DNA from: an uncultured Methylobacterium sp.
Lineage (GTDB): Bacteria > Pseudomonadota > Alphaproteobacteria > Rhizobiales > Beijerinckiaceae
DNA length: 64,000 nucleotides
Reading direction: 5' to 3'
NCBI GenBank assembly: GCA_963990595.1
Contig: CAXDNE010000008.1
Location: 370 to 64,369 of the forward strand
A model generated the notes under the pieces. It searched no databases. It was given only the letters and a program-made list of their open reading frames with translations, and was not told the origin of the DNA. The translations under genes were made by a program, and so were the position numbers. Of the stretch, positions 9,083-18,244 are shown piece after piece (position 1 is the stretch's first letter; each line of letters opens with the position of its first letter).

Positions 9083-9701
9083 GTTCGGCCTCTGCCATAT
9101 CGAGCAGCCGTTTCTGCTGCTCGGCGGTCAGGCCCGACGTAGCAACCGCTTCCTCGAAGGTCTGCTTTTTCCCCGCCGCGGGTTTGCCGTCCGACTTCGC
9201 CATCATACCGAGCGGCATCGAGGCGGACCGCGCAAGACTTGCATGCACCGCACTTACTTCATGCCCAAGCTCGTCGGCAATTATCTTGGATAGTTTTCTA
9301 GGAAACGCGGATGCCTCGATAAGACCATCTTTTATTTTAATCAAAAAAAGCGGACTTAAATCAAGACGTGCAGCTAATCGTGGAAAGGCTGCTCCGCTAA
9401 CCCCCGAAAAAACGTTAGCCATTCTGGCTGCGTTAGGTACGGGTGTCGTCGCGGGCTCGGACTTTATCCCGGCCTGGAAACGGGCCCATGCGGAAGACAC
9501 CGTCTTCCTCGTCGACGCATCAGCAGCCGGCAATGTGCGAGCGGGTTCCAGGACCATCTCGACCGCAAGTTCCGTCAGCTCCCGACGCAACTCAGGGTGT
9601 TCCTTCGCGTAGGTTTCGAGGCGTCTTGGGGTCGGCTCCCCTTCCGTTGCAAACTCCATCAGTACGTCGCGCATGCCGCGCATGGTGCTGGTCGTTGTCA
9701 T
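9069..9701 (-). CDS. Hypothetical protein, putative anti-sigma / HTH-containing partner of the sigma factor and IrrE peptidase
   Basis: 210-aa ORF overlapping both neighbours (ATGA with the sigma gene, 14 nt with the helicase gene). Helical composition with an HTH-like C-terminal half (LAARLDLSPLFLIKIKDG). Function is inferred from position only. Confidence 0.6.
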   Translation of the reverse strand: MTTTSTMRGMRDVLMEFATEGEPTPRRLETYAKEHPELRRELTELAVEMVLEPARTLPAADASTRKTVSSAWARFQAGIKSEPATTPVPNAARMANVFSGVSGAAFPRLAARLDLSPLFLIKIKDGLIEASAFPRKLSKIIADELGHEVSAVHASLARSASMPLGMMAKSDGKPAAGKKQTFEEAVATSGLTAEQQKRLLDMAEAERGSD

Positions 9702-10471
9702 CGTCCCTCTCCGAGTTCACGACGCAGCTTTTCGTACGCCTTCTGAAGGCGATACCGTATCGCCCGGTCGGAGACGTCGCAAAGCTTCGCAATGTTTTCC
9801 GCGTCGTCGCCCTCGATGGGGTGCCCCTTGAGGACGAGCGTGACAGCCACCCTTTCGTGGTCTGGCAAACGGTCGATCGCGCGAAGAAGCTCGTTCCGGA
9901 AACGTTCTCTTTCCTGTTCGGCGCCCTCCGCCTGGAAAAATTCCCGCAGCTGCTTGGCTAGGACTGGTAGGGGCTGCCCTTCCTCGTCGTGCATGTCCTC
10001 GACGTGATCCTCCTTGGCGGACATCCGTCCGGAGGCGCGCAGCACGTCGATGCGCAAGGCCGCGAGCGCGCTGGCGAAACGCACCTCGAAGTAGTCGAGA
10101 CGCTCGCCCGATTGGTTGCGGTCCTCCACCAGGAGATCCACGAACCTATCGGCCACCTCCTGACGCAACTCCTCCACGTCATAGAGCGAGCTTGGCCGAA
10201 CAGACCCCTTCAACGATCGGACGACGCGGTCGAGGAGGATCTCGAATAACTGCGCGAAGCGGTCGTCGGAATTGTCTAGACGGGTCGAGCGGATGAGGTG
10301 GAGCAGGCATTCGGGCTCGATGAAGCCCGGTGCTCGCGGATCATCGAGGCGTGCCTCGCGGATGACGGTGTCGAGATCGAGCCCCGTTGCACGATCTATG
10401 GCGGCGTCGACAGAAGCTGTCCTGGCATAGAGTTCGCCCGTTTTTTTACGTTTCGTGAGGGGAGGCGGCAT
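9698..10471 (-). CDS. Sigma-70 / ECF-like sigma factor
   Basis: Region 2-like (EELRQEVADRFVDLL...FASALAALRIDVLR) and a clear region 4 HTH (AIDRLPDHERVAVTL...NIAKLCDVSDRAIRYRLQKAYEKLR). Confidence 0.75.
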   Translation of the reverse strand: MPPPLTKRKKTGELYARTASVDAAIDRATGLDLDTVIREARLDDPRAPGFIEPECLLHLIRSTRLDNSDDRFAQLFEILLDRVVRSLKGSVRPSSLYDVEELRQEVADRFVDLLVEDRNQSGERLDYFEVRFASALAALRIDVLRASGRMSAKEDHVEDMHDEEGQPLPVLAKQLREFFQAEGAEQERERFRNELLRAIDRLPDHERVAVTLVLKGHPIEGDDAENIAKLCDVSDRAIRYRLQKAYEKLRRELGEGR

Positions 10472-10594
10472 GCCGAATCCGTGTGGCGTTCCAGCGACGC
10501 TACCTCAAGATGATTTGTCGCCAAGTTCAAGGTGCGGGCCCCGTCCTTCCGTCCAATCTGAGCCTCAACGATTCTTCTGTTCGGCACCCTGTCC

Positions 10595-11409
10595 CTAACG
10601 GGCCGGAGATAGGTTGACCGCGCGCCCGCCTTCGAACCCGCTGGCCTCCTCGACGTGCCCGCGCGGGTTGCAGGCGACCCGGGTGGGCCCGACGCGGTAA
10701 TCGGCGGCGTGGTGGAGGTGGCCGTGGATCCAGAGGTCCGGCCCCCTCGCGTGGACCAGGTCGCGCAGGTCCGAGGCGTAGCACCAGCGCAGGTTGACGT
10801 GCGGATCTGGCAGGCTCTCGGGGAGCGGCGCGTGGTGGGTCACGACGACCGTGGGGCCGGGATGCGGCTCCGATAGGACGCGGTCTAGGAACGCGCGGGT
10901 GCGCCGGTGCATGGCGAGCACCTCGCCGGGCTCGATCCGGTGCCGCGAGCTCGGGCCGGTGCGGATCCGGCGGTAGTCGACCATGCCGAACCGCCCTTGC
11001 GCTGACCGCGTAGCCTGCGTCAGGGTCACGGATCCGAGCCGGAAATCGGTCCAGAGCGTGCCGCCGGCGAACCGGGTTCCGCCGATGGTGACGGCGTCGT
11101 CCATCAGCAGGTGAATGCCGTGACGGGCGGCGAGATCGCGGCCCCGGGCGACTTGGTCTTGGATCGTGTAGCGGTCCTCGCCCCGATCCCACAGAAGTCG
11201 TGGTTGCCGGGCACGTAGACGACCGGCACCCGGGGCAGGCGCTCGGCGAGCCAGCCGAGGGCGCGGGTCCGGGGCGTGTGTACGTCGCCGGCGACGATGG
11301 CCGCGTCGAACCCGCCCGTCGGCGCGTGCGCGGCTGGGTCCCAGGTGTTCTCCGGCTATTCCTGGTGCAGGTCGGAGAAGATCCTGAGGCGCTGAGGGCG
11401 GCCGGTCAC
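10595..11409 (-). pseudogene. Calcineurin-like metallophosphoesterase, inactivated
   Basis: GTG start at 11409 gives RIFSDLHQE* (in-frame TAG), then AGDVH...YVPGNHDF, a frameshift near 11195, and it continues GTLWTD...VVVTHHAP...WIHGHLH...NPRG. Confidence 0.85.
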
Positions 11410-11960
11410 GGGTCGCCTCCGTTTCGGCCCGCATTCTCGGCGAGGCGGGTGAGGATCTCGTCGATGGCGACGGGGCGGAAATCGAAGCAGTCCACGCCGA
11501 CGTTTGTGCTGGCCGCGGTGCCGGGCAGCCGGCCGTGGGAATGGCCGTAGAGGTGGATGTCGCCCCGGTGCTGGCCGGGCCAGACGCGGTGGGCGTAGTG
11601 CGAGCACCACACGCCCAGGGTCGTGCCGTCGGGGCGCGGGACGACGACCCGGGCGACGTCGACGACGCCGTCCCAGGGCAGGCGGGCCGCGATGCGGTCG
11701 TGGTTGCCGCGGACGAGGAAGCGTCGGCGGCCGTTGAGCCGGCCGAAGATCGCGCGTGCTCTGTCCTTCGGGCAGCGGTGACAGAAGTCGCCGAGGTGCC
11801 AGACGGTGTCGCCGGGGCGGACGGCCGCGTTCCAGCGGGCGATCAGCGCCTCGTCGTGCTCCTCGATGGTGGCGAAGGGGCGGTTCAGGCCGAACCGTGC
11901 GCCGAGTGCGGCCCGGTGCCCGAAATGACTGTCGGCGGTAAGCAGAATTCGGGATGGCAT
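11406..11960 (-). CDS. Metallophosphoesterase (phage-type small phosphoesterase)
   Basis: MPSRILLTADSHFGH, HDEALIARWN, WHLGDF, RGNHD, HLYGHSHG and NVGVD motifs. Confidence 0.88.
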   Translation of the reverse strand: MPSRILLTADSHFGHRAALGARFGLNRPFATIEEHDEALIARWNAAVRPGDTVWHLGDFCHRCPKDRARAIFGRLNGRRRFLVRGNHDRIAARLPWDGVVDVARVVVPRPDGTTLGVWCSHYAHRVWPGQHRGDIHLYGHSHGRLPGTAASTNVGVDCFDFRPVAIDEILTRLAENAGRNGGDP

Positions 11961-12002
11961 GGGAGCCTCGCGCGGGTCGCGGAGGCTCGACGCAGGGGGC
12001 CG

Positions 12003-12090
12003 CCATGGTGCCCGCCATGGTGGCAATAGACGGCCTCCCATGACGCTGTCCATGGTGGCGTATCGCTGTCGCCCATAAGGGTCTCCATGG
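12003..12090. repeat. CCATGG palindrome cluster (copy 1; 4 perfect plus near variants)
   Basis: CCATGG at 12003, 12015, 12050 and 12085; CCATGA at 12038. Confidence 0.8.
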
Positions 12091-12480
12091 CAGGGATCGT
12101 CAGAATGCGGCGCCCATCCTTCGCCACAAGCGGTGCCGATGTCCGATCAATCAATCTCCGCCGACATGCAGAGTGCTTACAACGAGGATGCGGAGTTCTT
12201 ACACTGCGCCTAGGGAAAGCCAACGCAAAACGAGCGCTTCGGCGCGCGCAATACTGTAAGGCAAAGACATAGAGCGGGTTGCGGAGCTGTCTTACCGGGG
12301 GATTGGCTGCCTGGTAAGCCTTCCCTGGCCATCCCAGCGCCTTCCACGGCCAGTCTCGCGTTACCTAGAGAGCTGTTTCCTAGAAACAGTATTGTCGGAC
12401 CTCGCCGCCCCGTTTCCCTTGTGGAATTGCTCCGCTTGCTGTAAGAACGTTACACGTCCTTCAGCCTGCCTCGGAGCCAG
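12048..12480 (+). other. Non-coding origin/promoter-like region upstream of rep (copy 1), homologous to 18452-18870
   Basis: Exact 29-mer 12048-12076 = 18452-18480, exact 25-mer 12095-12119 = 18500-18524, and colinear similarity through to TGTAA-N5-TTACA (12440-12454 vs 18844-18858). Confidence 0.75.
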
Positions 12481-12482
12481 GC

Positions 12483-14411
12483 ATGGCCTTCGTCCCCCAT
12501 TCTAGGAACATGCATGGCGCGCGTTACCGCCGGGCGGCGTTCACGCCCGGGCGCCGGGGGGACCTGGCGGCTGCGCTGGCGGATCCGGCGGCGCTCGCCG
12601 CCATCGCGCCCGGCCTTCCCCGTCCCGCATCGTGGCTTCTGGACGGACACGTCGCGCGTATGAGGGGGACGTACGCCCGGGACATGGCGCTATTCGAGTG
12701 TTTGGTCGAATGCGCCCGCGACGCCGACCCTTCTCTGGGCCGCCAGGACCTCGTCGAGATCCCGGTGCGCTGCGCTCTCACCGTTCTGTCGGCGGGCGGA
12801 CGCTCCGCCGCGCCGCGGGAGCTTGCACAGGCCCTGTCGCGGCTTTTCGACGTCCCGGCGCCCCGGCTGACGATCGACGGCCACTTCACCTTTCGCCTGC
12901 CCACGTGGACGCGGCACGTCATGCCGAAGGCCATCGGAGGCCGGTACGCACACTTGGACCTCGCCGCCTTGGCGAGGTTCAGAAAGAGGGCGAGCGCCCT
13001 CCTTTACCGGCAGATTCTCGGGCGTTTGGCCCAGCTTAAGGCGAGATACGCGCCGGATGCCGAACCTGTGCGCGTGACGTTCGATCCGCTCGAACTCTCC
13101 GACCTTCTTGGGCAGCCAGTCCCGCACATCCCCCAACTCAGGACGGGTTACCTTCAGCCGGCCCTCGACGAGATCCGCGAGCAGGTGAAGGATTTCGCCA
13201 TCGACGCTGTTGAGGAGACGAGATCCTCCGGGGCGGTGTCATCCTTTACGTTCGTGGTTCGACCGCTCCCCCCCAGGAACCTTCGCGCCGTCCGGGCCCG
13301 CGTTCTCGACGACGGCGATTTCGATGCCCTGTCGGCGCTCCTCGACGTCCCCGCCTATCGCGTTTCCGTGGCGGCGATGATCCGCGTCGGATCTGTCCTA
13401 CCGTCCAAAGTCCTCCGGCCGAAGGGGAAGCCGGCCCCCTCGCTCGTGAGCGAGGTTCTGTATCTCTACGAATGCTGGCTGGCTGCCCTGGACGAGGCCC
13501 TATCGGCGCGGCGGCTCTCCCCCGGCGTCGAGACGCGCCGATACCGGGGTGAGCGTCTGTTGCGGGCGATCGATGCGGAGACGCCTGACCAAGCCTTCTA
13601 TGGCTTTGTCCTAGAGGAGTCGGAGAGCCCCGACCTCACCGCGATGCTGCGTGATGACTACTTCATCCGTCGGGAGGCACAGCGCGTTCGCCGGGGTCGT
13701 GTCAGGGAGCATAAGGTCAATGCCGCCCGCGCGACCCGCGCGGAACTCCGGGCAGCGCGCGCCGAGGGGACCGCCCCGGCGGCGAAGCCCCGAAAGGCCG
13801 TAGCCCCGGCCGAGCCCGTCCAGGCCGTCCCGCCCGTGCCGACCGCGGAACCCTGGCGCGCGGAGCATGCGTCGGCCCTCCAATCCGATCAGGCCAAGTC
13901 GGAGGCCAAGGCGCTCTATGCCCTTTGGCAACTCGCGCGAGATCTGCCATTCGCCCACGTCGGGGATACATGCGCGTTGGTTCTGCGCGATTTCGAGACG
14001 CGGTTCCCGCTCCTGGCTCGCCTCGATACGGAGCGAGGGGGGCCCTATCGCCAAAACCTCAAATACCTGAAGCCGCTCAAACGCACGCCGTGGCTAAACT
14101 CAGACTCTGCGACCGAGTACGTAATTTGGCTGGCCATTGCGAGTTTAATCGGCATCGAGAATGGCGTGACCGACGATTGGGCCGCCAAAGTCCTCGCCGA
14201 TCGCGCCCACTGCAAGACGGTCATCCTCCGTGACAAGGAGGCCTACGCCAAGGCGCAGGAGCGAAACCGGGGACGCTACGTGCGCGGGCAACGATCGAGC
14301 TACGAGGAGGAGAAGCGGCTCAACGAGTCGACCCCAATCTTCCTCCCGCCAGCGGAGATGGATGAGCTGATTGCCTTCAACGAACGCATGCGCGAAGTAA
14401 GAGAGGATTAA
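12483..14411 (+). CDS. Plasmid replication initiator, Rep_3 (winged-helix) family, with long C-terminal extension
   Basis: Rep_3-like stretch YAHLDLAALARFRKRASALLYRQIL...FDPLELSDLLG...LRTGYLQPALDEIRE...VSSFTF, followed by ~380 aa with no recognisable domain. Confidence 0.75.
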   Translation: MAFVPHSRNMHGARYRRAAFTPGRRGDLAAALADPAALAAIAPGLPRPASWLLDGHVARMRGTYARDMALFECLVECARDADPSLGRQDLVEIPVRCALTVLSAGGRSAAPRELAQALSRLFDVPAPRLTIDGHFTFRLPTWTRHVMPKAIGGRYAHLDLAALARFRKRASALLYRQILGRLAQLKARYAPDAEPVRVTFDPLELSDLLGQPVPHIPQLRTGYLQPALDEIREQVKDFAIDAVEETRSSGAVSSFTFVVRPLPPRNLRAVRARVLDDGDFDALSALLDVPAYRVSVAAMIRVGSVLPSKVLRPKGKPAPSLVSEVLYLYECWLAALDEALSARRLSPGVETRRYRGERLLRAIDAETPDQAFYGFVLEESESPDLTAMLRDDYFIRREAQRVRRGRVREHKVNAARATRAELRAARAEGTAPAAKPRKAVAPAEPVQAVPPVPTAEPWRAEHASALQSDQAKSEAKALYALWQLARDLPFAHVGDTCALVLRDFETRFPLLARLDTERGGPYRQNLKYLKPLKRTPWLNSDSATEYVIWLAIASLIGIENGVTDDWAAKVLADRAHCKTVILRDKEAYAKAQERNRGRYVRGQRSSYEEEKRLNESTPIFLPPAEMDELIAFNERMREVRED

Positions 14412-14747
14412 GCCGGAAAATAATCCGAACGGCCTGCATTTTTCCCTGGACGCATTCAACTTTCCACGATCGGGCGTAGCCTCTTCTCGTTTCCGAGCGG
14501 GCAGCAGTTCGGGGCGGTCTACGGTCGATGATCGAGTTCCATGCCTACTTCTGTGTCGGGGAGGACCCCGCCGGCGAGAAGCGTCCGATCCTGCTGCGGC
14601 CCGGCTTGCGAACGTGATGTCGGCTGTGCAGGCCGACGGATGTTGCGCCACTGCGAGATATCCACAGCCATCCACATCCGAACTCCACCGGGATGCCTGA
14701 AATTTCTTAGGCCACGCTCCGCCACTTGGCGGGAACCCACCGCGTAT

Positions 14748-14762
14748 GTTCATCTTTTGTTC
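14748..14762 (+). promoter_or_regulatory. Alphaproteobacterial LexA (SOS) box
   Basis: Perfect GTTC-N7-GTTC (GTTCATCTTTTGTTC), 21 nt upstream of the umuD start. Confidence 0.9.
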
Positions 14763-14783
14763 CGTAGGTTTCGGAGCGAGCGC

Positions 14784-15212
14784 ATGCAGGCCCATACTGT
14801 CACGATCGGGCTGCCCACCCCCGTCCCCATCCTCGCCAAGGCAGTGCGTGCCGGCTTCCCAAGCCCGGCCGACGACTTCATCGAGGACGAGATCGACCTT
14901 CAGCGGCTGCTGATCGCAAACCGCCCGGCGACCTTCCTGGTGCGGGTGGCCGGCGACAGCATGATGCTCGCCAAGCTGTTCGACGGCGATATCGCGGTGG
15001 TCGACCGCTCGCTCAAGCCTCGCAATGGCGACGTGGTGGTGGTCGACGTCGACGGGGAGCGGTCGTTCAAAGTCTGGCGCCGCCAGGGCCCCCGGGTGAC
15101 CCTGCATTTCGCCAACCCCCGCTTTCCCGAGTTCCAGCTGTCCCCGGACGCGGTCATCGAGGTCTGGGGCGTCGTGTCCGGCTCGGTGAACCCGAGGCGA
15201 CGGAGCGAATGA
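14784..15212 (+). CDS. umuD: UmuD-like S24 peptidase (SOS mutagenesis)
   Basis: VRAGFPSPADD, TFLVRVAGDSM and DGERSFK (Ser/Lys dyad); ATGA overlap with umuC. Confidence 0.92.
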   Translation: MQAHTVTIGLPTPVPILAKAVRAGFPSPADDFIEDEIDLQRLLIANRPATFLVRVAGDSMMLAKLFDGDIAVVDRSLKPRNGDVVVVDVDGERSFKVWRRQGPRVTLHFANPRFPEFQLSPDAVIEVWGVVSGSVNPRRRSE

Positions 15213-16494
15213 GCGACCGGGCCTACGCGCTCTCGGATGGCAACAGCTTCTACTGTTCGTGCGAGCGAGTTTTCGATGCCCGGCTCGCGCGGATGCCGGT
15301 GATCGTGCTGTCCAACAACGACGGCTGCGCGATCGCGCGGACCGCCGAGGCCAAGGCGCTGGGGATCGGCATGGGCGATCCCTGGTTCAAGATCCGGGCA
15401 CTGTGCAAGGCCCGGAGCGTACGGGTCTACTCGTCGAACTACGCCCTCTACGGCGACATGTCGGCCCGGGTGAACGCGGTTTACCGGGACTTCTCCCCGC
15501 GCATCGAGATCTACTCGATCGACGAGAGCTTTCTGGACATCTCGGACGTGCGCGAGCGGGAGCGCGTGACGCTCGCCCGCGACATGCGCGAGACGGTGCG
15601 GGCCTGGACGGGTATCCCGACTTGCGTCGGGATCGGCGCCACGAAGACGCTGGCCAAGCTCGCCAACCACGTCGCCAAGAAGAACCCCGATCTCGGCGGA
15701 GTCTGCGACCTGACCGACCCGGCCGCCTACGACCACTGGATGGTGCGGATCCCGCCCGAGGACATCTGGGGCGTCGGGCCGGCGAACGCCCGCAAGCTCG
15801 GTGCGCTCGGTTGCGAGAGCGCCGCCGACGTGCGCGACCTCGACACCCGAGTGGTTCGCAAGGCCATGACGGTCGTAGGCGAGCGCCTGGTGCGGGAGCT
15901 GCGCGGCGAGGCCTGCCTCGACCTGGAGGAGGTCGCCGCGACACGGAAGGGCTGCGCGGTCACTCGCAGCTTCTCCGACCGGGTCGAGGATCGCGCGACG
16001 ATGGAGCAGGCTGTGGCGGCCCACGCGACCCGGCTCGGGGAAAAGCTGCGGCGGGAGGGGCTCGGGACCAACCACGTCACCGTCTTCTTTCACACCTCCG
16101 AGCACGACCGGACCCGACCGCAGCGATCGGTCTCGACGGTGGTGACCCTGCCCGAGGCGTCGAACGACAGCCTCGTGCTGGTGAAGGTCGCCCTGCATGG
16201 CGTTCAAAAACCTGGCGGGACGGCTTTCGCTACTCGAAGGCCGGGGTCGTCACAACCGACCTGCTGCCGCTCCACACCTCGCAGCGGGCGATGCCCGGCC
16301 TCGGCCAGCTCGACCGCGAGCACGGCGCCGCGCTGATGGCGGCGCTCGACGCCTGCAACCGCCGCTTCGGGCGCGGGGCGGTCGTGCCGGCCGCGGCCGG
16401 GTTCGCTCAGCAGCGGGGATGGTCGACGAAGTTCGAGATGCGCTCGCCGCGCTACACGACTCGGCTTGAGGAGATCCCGGTCGTGGCGGCCTGA
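15209..16494 (+). pseudogene. umuC: UmuC-like Y-family DNA polymerase, frameshifted at ~16205
   Basis: DGNSFYCSCERVF, VLSNNDGC, YSIDESF, GIGATKTLAKLAN. A one-base loss in GGCGTTCAAAAACCTGG shifts the frame; the C-terminus KTWRDGFRYSKAG...SPRYTTRL lies in another frame. Confidence 0.88.
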
Positions 16495-17169
16495 GAAGGG
16501 CGGCGTTGTCCGCGAGGCTGGGTGGCCGGCGTGCCGCGGACCCGTGGCCGCCGACGGTAAGCGAGGGGCCGGGCCCCGGCTCCGGCTCCGGCTCGTCCGA
16601 GACTACATCGATCCCATGCTACGATACCGCCGGGTACTATTCCTGCGCCTGCGACGCGGCGCTCAAGCGTGAGGCGACGACCGTCGCGGACGGCTCGAAC
16701 GCATCCCTGGAGGTCCGGCGCCGGGCCTTGAGCGTGGTGGAAGCGACCGCCGCTATGGACTGCCGCGCCCCGTAGCCGCGCGCGCCGGGTTCTTCAGTTC
16801 GGATAGCTCGGCGCACCCGCGACCCGGGCTGCCGCCTCGCGGGCCTTGGCATCGGCCGCGGCCTCCGTATGGTCCGACGCCTCCACGATGGCGTCGGGGT
16901 GCACGTCGCTATGCATCGCATTGTATGTGGCGCGACGGCACTGAGTTCCGCTGGAGTCGTGGCGCGACGGCGGCCTGAGTGGCTGCCCGCGCACCGATCC
17001 CGCGCCTGAGATCCCGTCGCGGGGACGAGGCTGGACGAGACCGCAACAGCGCCGGTGCCGACCGCGGTCGAGCCCGCTTCTTAGATTGGTCCGTCCTGCC
17101 TGCCTGGCCGTATCCTGTGGCAGCATCACGCCGACCACGAACAGAAGAGCGGCCCCCGCGACGTGGCAT

Positions 17170-17960
17170 CAAAGCCGGTCATTGACCAACCCGATTATAG
17201 AAGAAACTCTTAGACAAACCGATCGCCTTGTCGAAAATACAGGGCTAACCCTTGAGGCCCTCTTCCTCGCGAGCTTCGTTGCTCCATCCAATCTAATCAA
17301 ATCGACACAGTTCGGCAACAAATTCGGAAGCGTCGGCTCCGCTAAAAGCCTATAGTCTCGGACTGCGCGCGCCTTGATGGCAGACAATCTAAGGCGGAGA
17401 CAGTTTATTTCTATTTCAATTACAGAGAGATCCGAACTAATAACTTCGGCAACTTTGTCTGTCAGATCCTCTAATGCACGCCGTTCACGCTCAAAATTCA
17501 TGCATCCATATGACCAAGGAAGTGGGTCTACAATGACTGAGTCTTTTGCAAGTAAAAATCGAAGATATATCAGATATTCTTGCATATGTCTCACCTATCG
17601 AAATGAAGATATGCGGAAATTTGTTCAAAGATGTATATAAAGATTTACCGGTGATGCGCAATTATCCGATTGGCCTAACAAAATTCGTCGCGGAAAGCTT
17701 AGTAGATGTCGACGGCCTAATTCTCTATTCTCCGCCGCCATATATTTACTGACGCTACTCGTAGGGGCCATAGAGATATCCTAAGTAAAATGTCCTTGTA
17801 AATGCCTTTAATCCTGAAATGATGGCCTCAACGGTCCATCTAAATTCATCGTCCAAACGGACTAATCCATCGCAATCGGCCATACCGAGTATGCGTATTC
17901 TATACGGAATAGGATCGAGATTTCGATCACAGCACTCGCATCACCGCCCCCTCGTTGAGC
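17170..17960. other. Low-GC (AT-rich) foreign patch, probably a degraded gene
   Basis: Abrupt AT-rich composition against ~70% GC flanks. Plus-strand ORFs 17086-17355 and 17374-17640 are in the same frame, separated by a single TAG, followed by 17546-17752 in another frame. Confidence 0.55.
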
Positions 17961-18244
17961 GGCTTTTCGAAGCCCTTCGCCTACGTACCGCGCGAGCCGA
18001 ACAGCCGCTCCAGGGCATTATTGGTCCGTGACAAGTCGGGCCGGTCGGCGGCGCTGTCCGGCCCCGACGGAAGCTTGGCTTTCGCTTAAAGGTTGTAATC
18101 GCGATGGTGATTGCAACGGTCGCCGTGGCGCTGGCGTCCCTAAAGCCCGTGCCGAGAACGCCGCCGCGAGCGCATGCTCGACCCTGCGGAGGAGGATGGT
18201 GACCTGACTGGCTGGCTTTGGACCGGCCAACTCATGCTGCTCAA

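Noticed and set aside
9348-9355. AAGCGGAC core of the junction palindrome inside the anti-sigma-like gene
   Set aside because: Only 8 bp, within an open reading frame, with no partner arm; expected by chance.
16576-16594. (CCGGCT)x3 microsatellite downstream of umuC
   Set aside because: Short GC-rich tandem with no functional context; likely chance or slippage.
16637-17172. Small ORFs between umuC and the AT-rich patch
   Set aside because: No recognisable motif or consistent frame; cannot distinguish from shadow ORFs.
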